A stretch of 40,397 nucleotides of DNA, taken from Phoronis australis (Eukaryota > Animalia > Phoronida). The notes beneath the pieces were generated by a model. It searched no databases and had not been told where the DNA came from. It worked only from the letters and a program-made list of their open reading frames with translations. The stretch covers positions 518,311-558,707 of the forward strand of contig NMRA01000041.1 of the NCBI GenBank assembly GCA_002633005.1, written 5' to 3'. The position numbers and the translations under genes were made by a program. Of this stretch, positions 32,637 to 40,397 are shown in pieces (within the stretch, counting starts at the first letter, position 1; each line of letters opens with the position of its first letter).

Positions 32637-35600
32637 ACTGTGTTGCTATTCTCCAAGACTTACATATCAGATTTTATTTTGGAGACCGTGTGTGGAATTA
32701 AAGTGGTGTACAATAAAGCTGCATTACACAGTGTATAGTTGGCTAAAATCTAATGATGCTGTTTACTCTTGTAAAATTGGTCTGGGGCTTTTTGTCAGGT
32801 CACTCACTATTTACGTAGTTTCCTATATTTAGTAAACTTTGGCAGTAGTGCCTCTGGTGCAGAGTTTAATTGTTGAAAACGATACGACATTGATTGTAAG
32901 ATAACTTCTTTCTGCATTTCTCGTATTGTCAGAAAATACATGTATGCGAATTGCATGTGTGCAGTATCTATCCGAGCGACATTGTTAAAAGAACAAACAA
33001 TAATTTTAAGTGCTTTCTGTACCGATTTACTCAATAATTACCTGTTCCATTTCACGCCCATAGCTATAAAAAGTTAAGTGGTTGGTTAATGACTATTTAA
33101 TATCATTTGTGTACTTTTTGTTCTTAAATAATTTTTTCCAACTGGTCTATGAAAATTAGTGATGAGCTGGCAGGATTTGTTTCACACACTTGTGGCCTTG
33201 TGCACAGGTTATGTGTATTTGGAACACACATGATTGTTCACATCCTCTGAATACTGATAACACTTGAGGGAGTGTAGAGTGACATCTGTTACTGATGACT
33301 GAAGTGACTAGTGCAACAGTGTCCTGGTACAGTTGGGATACAGTTACGCCCTCCTGGTGTTTGTGTCATCACCATAACTGTGGCCTGCACCAACCTGGAC
33401 TTCTTTGTATTGGGTGACCTTATGTAAGTTTAGTAATTTTTTGTGTACTGTCAAGATGAAGGGATATACACTTGTTTCAATTTTTTATTTATATTCAATG
33501 AACTGAACAGTAAGATGCACAAAGCGTGAGTGAGGCTACACAGCTACTAGCATGCACTACAAACATGATGTTGGTGACCATGATTAATTAATGTTGGTTG
33601 CCATAATTAATTACTCTGACAGTCAGTCTAAACAAATACCTAGTGAACAATGAGCTCATTATGTTGCAAGTTTCTCATCTGCTGGTAGTTTTCAGACGTT
33701 TCATTCTTCAAACTTCTTACCGTTGCTGCATCTTGTTTTTTACCTTTTTGATTGGTTTTGAATTGCTTGGACTTGAAATCAGGCACAGTGGTAGATTTAG
33801 AAGGGTCCAGAAGCACCATAACTTCCCCTTACATTGAGTGGTAAAACGTCAATTAAAACACGCGTGGTATGATTTGACATTGTATTTTCTATGTCTATGC
33901 ATGGATCCAGGATTTTTGACAGAGTTGAATTACGATGATAGATGGCGTGACCCAAAGCCTCTTTGTAACAGTTATTGAAGAGCTGTCACTTTGGATATTG
34001 CATTGAGTGTAAGTTGCAGGACTATAAATGATGTCGACGTAAAATTTGATGTTTGACTTGTGGTCATTAGGACAATTCATGGAATCAATCTTAATTATTG
34101 GCTGTGACACCTGGCCTGGAATGCCCTGATAAGGATCCAGTAGTGTGAATGAACTGGTTGTGACAGCGTATGTCATCAGGTTTGTCAAATTACCAATATC
34201 TGTCACCTACTCTTTTTACTGCAGATTTGGTGGCGTTTTTCCATAGAGAAATCTTCTCCATTGTCTACCCTGATTTTACAAAATATTTAAGATAAAATCT
34301 CAATGCAGGACACAATTATGTTGGGATTTTTTTTTAAATGATATACATAACCAAAGTGGTGCTTTGCCATATCCAGTATTGTATCTTAGCTACCAACAGA
34401 CAATATTTCGAAAATTGTGAGCATTCTCAAATTTGTTAGAACCCCTTGAAAAGAAAAAAGTGCAATTTTGGCATTTTGTCTGAAATTGGTGAGACTTTAA
34501 TGTAAGTGTTTGAAGGAAAGAGAAAAAACGATCAAAGTGCGTTGAGCAACAGAGTTAAATTAAGGTCATTTAAACTCACTTATTTTACACTTCGCTGTCG
34601 CTGGTCATGAATCTTCCAAACTTTTCATGGATTGAACAGTGTTTGTTTAATATTCACTAGTTTGTTAAAAAAGCATTTTCAGAGATGAATGAACAATCAT
34701 CTGGTTCAACGCAACTTCTGTATCCTTGTCTACATTGCAACATGCTCAAATGTTAACCTCCCATATACCTGGTAGGTTACCTCCTGATTCAAATTTCTGG
34801 ATTTGCATGGCAAGGGATTTTAGAAGTTTTGCATTTTTGAATTTTTTCATGTCTATTTTTAATTGTCGAAATAAATTTTGACAAAAGTATATAGTCTTAT
34901 GATATAATGACTATTAATTATTCATTACAAAGAGTACCCCGTGACCTACATTTCCCAAAATGCAACTAACATTTATCAACAGTATTTGAAGTTCTGCATC
35001 TATAAGCTCGTGTACTATGGATGAGTTAGACAAGAATAAAAGCCAAAAGGAGGCAGAAACTGGAATGCTGCCAATCTTGGCAATTAATCGTTTTTCTTAT
35101 GTAAATATCTGATAACTCTTTCTTTGTTTTTAATTGTGAATTTACCAATCTATCAAAACCTGGGCAAGTTCACTATATGCATGTTCCTGTCCTGTTCCTT
35201 CTGCAGAGCCTTCCTCCTTTTGATGTGTGATCCTGTCATCACCTTGGTAACGCTTTCGTCTTTGTTGACTCAATGCAGAATTCCCTCACCCTCACTTTCA
35301 TAATACAAACTGTTCACCACCTTGGCACTGCTGTAATTCTGGTAACATTTTTTCATTCATCTTTTCTTTATTGACTGCTTCAGTGGGTGCAGTTTCCTGT
35401 CTCGCTTGGTTCTTTGTCACAAGTTGTTCATCACCCTGGTTCTGCTGTTACTCTGGTGGAACATTCTTTCATTCATCTTTTTGTTGACTAATTCATTGAG
35501 TGCATGTCTCCATCTCCCTCACAAATTGTGCAACACCACTGGCTAGGTTACAAGCATCTGTTTAACAGGGTGTAATGATGACAGTCCAATGAGATGAATG

Positions 35601-35711
35601 AACAAGTGGAAGTACATGACTGTGTACAATGCAGTTCAAGTTAAGGTCGTTGGCATATGGTTGATGATGGGTGGGACTTTTTCAGTGGATGTCGACCTAT
35701 TTTTTCTGTGA

Positions 35712-36220
35712 TTACAGTAGTGTTGCATATTTGCGCCTGGAGACTTTTTTTAAAGACATTTTTCATCTCCGCGCTTACTCCAACCTGGCGCTTATTTAAA
35801 ACCTGGTACTTGTTCAACAAGACCGGGTTTTGCAGTCTCAGTGCTCACTTAATCGTGACTGCTTGTACCAACTGCATGGTGTGTTGGATCAGTTTAAAAG
35901 ACATTGCTTGGGACAGTATTGTTCACTTTATAACCATATCCAGATGAGTGCGGACTGGTTTCTGCATGTTTTCGAAACAATCATTCTGTAATTCGTGATT
36001 TTTAATGCTTGCAAAGCATCTAACCATTAATTTTCACCCTTATGTTGATGTGGAATTAGCACTACAGTACATTCTAGATTACCCAGTAAAACCGTAAATT
36101 GAGATCGGGGTTCTATTGATTTGTCTTGAACTTCATCTCTGCACTTATTTTTTACTGGCGCTTATTCAGTGGAGACCATCATTTATTAAGGAACCGTCGC
36201 AAATACATGACACTGCGATA
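35712..36220. mobile_element. degenerate non-autonomous TIR element
   Basis: Imperfect TIRs tacagtagtgttgcatatttgcg versus rc tatcgcagtgtcatgtatttgcg; ctggcgcttatt motif near both ends. Confidence 0.45.
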
Positions 36221-36607
36221 TTGTTAGAGAATGCAAGTATGCACAACTTTGGTAATTTTTTTGTAACCAAATCAAAAATCGTTTCTGTGTATAAAATGCA
36301 AAAAACTGGTTTTAATTTGAATTTTGGCGGTCTTATCACTGATCATCTTTCTAGCAAATTTTTCATCGAGCTATTTCAATTGCTATGCCCCTTTTCTCGG
36401 GGCTGGAATTTGTTTATTTGACCTTATTTCTCTTATTGGTTTTCATCAGCAGGGTTTCCATTTTTGTTGTCAACACTGCAACTGTCATCATTTATCTCTA
36501 ATTTTTATATTCAGTTTTTTCCCTGATGTCAATTTCATTTCAGATTTTGTTGGTTTCTGTAGACATGGTTGTGTTCTGTGTTCCAGGTGGTCAACAGGAG
36601 CGTCGCC

Positions 36608-38110
36608 ATGAAAACCATACCTCGCATACTTCTGTTGCTCTTCGTGCTGTCTATGATGAGCATGATGTATATTGTCCGCTGTGGCCTCCATTTGGATACC
36701 ATCCTGCACTCATCCAACCAACCAGAGCCAGTCAAAAGTCGACAACAGAGGGAGCTGGTGGAGTTGAAGCAGCAGATAGCTGTGTTGAAAGACCAGGTAA
36801 AGCTTTTACAGGAAGAGATTGTGAACAGGTCTCGAGAGAAAGATGTTTCTCCAGAGAAGCCAACAAAATCACACATACTGGACTATGACAGTTACTTTAA
36901 GAAGAAACTGGCTGAGTCTGAAGTTGTTCATGGGCTGTCTCTGGATACTGAGTTTCACGTGAAACCTTTTGACAGTTTTACCTTAAAGCCTCCGCGTGTG
37001 TACCTCAACGACCCTGGACTTGGTAAGCGAGTCATTGAGATGCCGATTGGATTCAAGAGAAAAGATCTTATGCATGCTGTGGACAGTGCCATCGATGACC
37101 TTAATTACGAACAAGATGACTACACCTATGACAGGGATGACTTTGTGGATGGGATATTTAGAACTGTGCCCATGTCTGGCACTCACTATGAACTGTACTT
37201 TCATCCCAGAGGATATGAAGATGATCATGTCACCAGAGTGTCACTCTTTCAACCTTTCGCTCCAGTCCAAGTTGTCTCCTCTTTCAAGATGAGTCAAGCA
37301 GAAGAATTAATCAGTTTCATTCTACCTCTATCTGGCAAGTTAGAGCAATTCAAGATATTTCTGGATCAGTTTGCTAGGGTGTGTATAAAGAGAAAGGAGA
37401 GAGTTCACCTGACTGTTGTATATTTTGGTTCAGAAGGACTGAAGGAAGTAAGGAATGGCTTACTACAGATGTCAACCAAGTATACATTTACACACTTGAA
37501 ACTGATAACGCTGAACGAGACATTTTCTCGTGGCCGCGGACTTCAAGTTGGAGCTCGAAGTTGGACCAAGGGAAACGTGCTTCTCTTCCTGTGTGATGTT
37601 GACATTATGTTCTCTGCTGGCTTTCTTCACCGATGTCGGTTGAATGCGGAGAAGGGACAACGGGTATATTATCCTGTAGTGTTTAGTCTGTACAATCCTC
37701 ATGTTGTGTACAGCTTGCATGAAATGCCCATCCCTAGCTTACATGAGCAACTTGTTATCACAAAAGAAACTGGTTTCTGGCGGGATTTTGGTTATGGAAT
37801 GACTTGTCAGTATTTGTCTGATTTTAATAAAATGGGTGGATTCGATGAACAGATTCATGGATGGGGTGGTGAAGATGTGATGTTGTATAGAAAATATGTC
37901 AAAAGTAATATACTGGTCGTTCGCTGCACTGACCGGGGCATCTTTCACTTGTGGCACGAGAAGAAGTGTGACCTCAGCTTGTCTGACCATCAATACAATG
38001 GTTGTATAAGGTCCAAGGCTCTGAATGAGGCCTCCCATTCACAACTGGGCAAGCTAGCTTTTAAAGATGAGATTAACATTCACAAGAGTAACAAGGACAC
38101 AAGAAGCTGA
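36608..38110 (+). CDS. CSGALNACT: chondroitin sulfate N-acetylgalactosaminyltransferase (CSGalNAcT-like), 500 aa, single coding exon
   Basis: Acceptor ttccag| at 36586, gccATG at 36608. Type II anchor (ILLLLFVLSMMSMMYIV), coiled-coil stem, GTHYELYF, FSRGRGL, CDVD (DXD), VYYPVVFSLYNP, TGFWRDFGYGMTCQY, GWGGED, FHLWHEKKC. Confidence 0.94.
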   Translation: MKTIPRILLLLFVLSMMSMMYIVRCGLHLDTILHSSNQPEPVKSRQQRELVELKQQIAVLKDQVKLLQEEIVNRSREKDVSPEKPTKSHILDYDSYFKKKLAESEVVHGLSLDTEFHVKPFDSFTLKPPRVYLNDPGLGKRVIEMPIGFKRKDLMHAVDSAIDDLNYEQDDYTYDRDDFVDGIFRTVPMSGTHYELYFHPRGYEDDHVTRVSLFQPFAPVQVVSSFKMSQAEELISFILPLSGKLEQFKIFLDQFARVCIKRKERVHLTVVYFGSEGLKEVRNGLLQMSTKYTFTHLKLITLNETFSRGRGLQVGARSWTKGNVLLFLCDVDIMFSAGFLHRCRLNAEKGQRVYYPVVFSLYNPHVVYSLHEMPIPSLHEQLVITKETGFWRDFGYGMTCQYLSDFNKMGGFDEQIHGWGGEDVMLYRKYVKSNILVVRCTDRGIFHLWHEKKCDLSLSDHQYNGCIRSKALNEASHSQLGKLAFKDEINIHKSNKDTRS

Positions 38111-38480
38111 TAATGGGCCTTGTGTTTGATATTATTTTAAATAATGTACAGTTGTTTCTAATGAATACAAGGTGCCTCACTTAACGTCCCAAGTCAGGAT
38201 AACTTGTGTTCAAGTCTAGTTTTTGAAAAGCAAGTGCCAGGCACTACTATAACTACATAGGCCGGACTATGTCAATGTACCGACTACATCAATTTTCACA
38301 ACTGTCCATCAAAGAAATAAAATTTAGATTCACACAAGTAATCAGTATAGAATTGTTTACATCTTGTTTCTTACTCATGTGAAAATTTATGTTTGGTCTT
38401 GCTTAGAATAACTGTTGGTTATTTCTCCAGACCATGTTCATTGATTAAAGTGGCACTCCTTGACAAGCTGACTTGTAGAG

Positions 38481-38722
38481 CCAGGGGCCCTGTTCCAAGA
38501 AAACTGACTTAGCCAATAGTAAGACAAATGTTGAATTTCTGTCAATTTTAAGATGAAACTTAATTTGTCTCATGTGCATTTCAAGAGATCTTAAGTTTTT
38601 GACTTAAGTTTTGGCTTAATTTTGACTGTCTTATCGGATGTGGAAGTTTCAAAGTTTGGATGTCAAATCTTAGACTTGAGTCAAAAATGAACTCAAGTCA
38701 GTTTCTTAGAACCCTCCTCTGG
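38481..38722. mobile_element. MITE, ~240 bp
   Basis: TIRs ccaggggccctgttccaagaaaactgactt versus rc ccagaggagggttctaagaaactgactt; internal gacttaag motifs as in the 21665 element. Confidence 0.65.
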
Positions 38723-39742
38723 TCTCCAGCAATAACCAGCTATGGGTTCTCTGGAAGCCGAGGAATCGCTCCAGTTTTGATTAGGGAACAATTTGAGACC
38801 AGTTTCATAAGGCTTGGTGTTCTTAATAAAAATTTATTTTATGACTGAAGACAGGTTTATGACCGCTTTAAAATTGTGGTTTGATTTGTAAAGGAAATGT
38901 TCTTCTACAGGTTGTGCTTGTCCTGATTGATTTTTTCAGTCACTTTTTTCAAAAAAAATGAACATTTGTAAGCCCTCATATGTCTTGCATTTGCAACAAA
39001 AGTCAGCATATAAGATGTTGTGTATACACTGCGTAGCACCATGTGTACATAAATGCTGTACTAGATCCCTTTTGGTCCATTATAGAATGAACATTGAAAT
39101 TATGAAAACGACATTCTTTTTTACTGAACTCTGCTCTTGAGTGACCAGTTCCACAAAAACAACTTCTTAATGGGAATACCAGTAAATGTATAAGGTTTGA
39201 TTAAACCAGAGGGGTTCCATGCTGTACCCTCGATATTTCTTGTAATGTTGGGGAGTGGTTACATGAGGTCAATGCTATCAGTGCTCTCTCATTATTTAGC
39301 TTAGTTTAGAAAGAATTCCCAGGTCTAAGTGACTGTCAAGTCGCAAGTTCTGGAAGTGTACGACAGGGTCCCCTCTATTTGGCTAAGATGACATAAGGCG
39401 TTGTCCCAAGAGCCCATCTTGATCACTGATATACCTTGACCTCAGTCCCCTTCATGTGCTATGCTGCTTGGTTTGAATCAGTTCAGACTGATCATGTATA
39501 GAGTTGCCTGGTTACTTGGGACACTGACAGATAGTCCCTGCTGTAGTGTAGTTATGGACCGCGGTGCTCTTACTCATCATGTGCCAAAATACGGATTTGT
39601 GCTATTTGTCTGTTTGTCTGCATAGACTAGTTAGCAAAATGATGATCACCAGCCAAAGGTGACCTAATCTTCTATTAACAAGGTGTTCCTCTTAGGGTGC
39701 ACTGCCAGGATGTATTGCTTGTATAATGTTGAAATACACCAT

Positions 39743-40183
39743 TTAAAGAGACTAGTTTTCGCTTTTGAGAAACATATATTTATAGGACTTGTCTGCAAGT
39801 CTGTATTTAGCCAAATATCAACAAAACTATAGATTTTAACTTAGTAAAAGTTTATATTTCACGAAAGTAGAAATCCTGTAGAATTTTATTGTTAATTTGA
39901 AATCAGTCTCCAAGTATTTGGTTCACCTGACCATGTTTGTTTAGTAAACTAAGGAAAAAGAGGTACATTCATAGGAAAACTACGTTGTAAAAACATGACC
40001 TTATTTCGTTTGATATAAAAGTCGAAGACAAATGAATTATCAAAAACACTGGTTGATTTCTAATATATCTTTTTATTCCCTTTATGGAAATTTTAATTTT
40101 TGTCCGAAAATAAAAGTCGTATTTTTAGAACCCCTCATGTAAAAGTGCAACATTTTACAGCGTTTTGGAGACTGGTGCATTAA
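39743..40183. mobile_element. TTAA-flanked non-autonomous element (Kolobok-like)
   Basis: Left end ttaaagagactagt, right end gactggtgcattaa; a related right end (tagaacccct..aaaagtgcaa..ggtgagactttaa) lies at 34430-34500. Confidence 0.4.
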
Positions 40184-40397
40184 GCAGTGCTATCTCAAAG
40201 CTTCATTCATATATACGATCATTCATTTCTGAAAGATGTTCCGAAGTTGAACAGTTTTTCTGCGACCTAACCGCTACACAAGCCATTTTGTTTCTGATAT
40301 GACACATAGGCGAATTTAGGGGGACTGCCCCCCCCCCTTGGCTGCCGCAAAAAAATAAAACAGCAAGAGCGTAGGGAAATGTTGAGTTTATTAATTA

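Noticed and set aside
32368-32656. QHQRRRNINAGATSTQA repeat ORFs
   Set aside because: Translation of a stop-free 17-bp minisatellite; no gene context.
36488-38038. Multiple short ORFs overlapping CSGalNAcT
   Set aside because: Alternative-frame or antisense shadows of a long CDS with no recognisable motifs.

Overview
AT-rich eukaryotic genomic DNA with spliceosomal GT-AG introns, most likely from an invertebrate animal draft assembly (one 725-N gap plus three single-N junctions). Three host genes can be built by hand. (1) The last four coding exons of an epsin (+, 5236-8890; DPW, clathrin-box and 3x NPF motifs). (2) A complete 13-exon TXNDC11 orthologue (-, 28177-13794; about 859 aa, all intron phases consistent; CXXS and CXXC thioredoxin motifs; ends in RTEL). 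(3) An intron-less chondroitin sulfate N-acetylgalactosaminyltransferase CDS (+, 36608-38110; 500 aa). Introns and intergenic DNA carry MITEs, tRNA-derived SINE heads, minisatellites and a decayed BEN-domain gene. The most unusual signal is a set of 'exon-echo' minisatellites. In two unrelated genes an exon edge together with its splice site has been tandemly amplified into the intron: the epsin last-exon acceptor plus first NPF codons, and the 3' half of TXNDC11 exon 12 plus its donor. Divergence increases away from the real exon, leaving ladders of competing splice sites. A 1.36-kb tandem duplication of TXNDC11 exon 8 is joined by a single N and is probably an uncollapsed haplotype. All homology calls come from recalled family motifs; no search was run.
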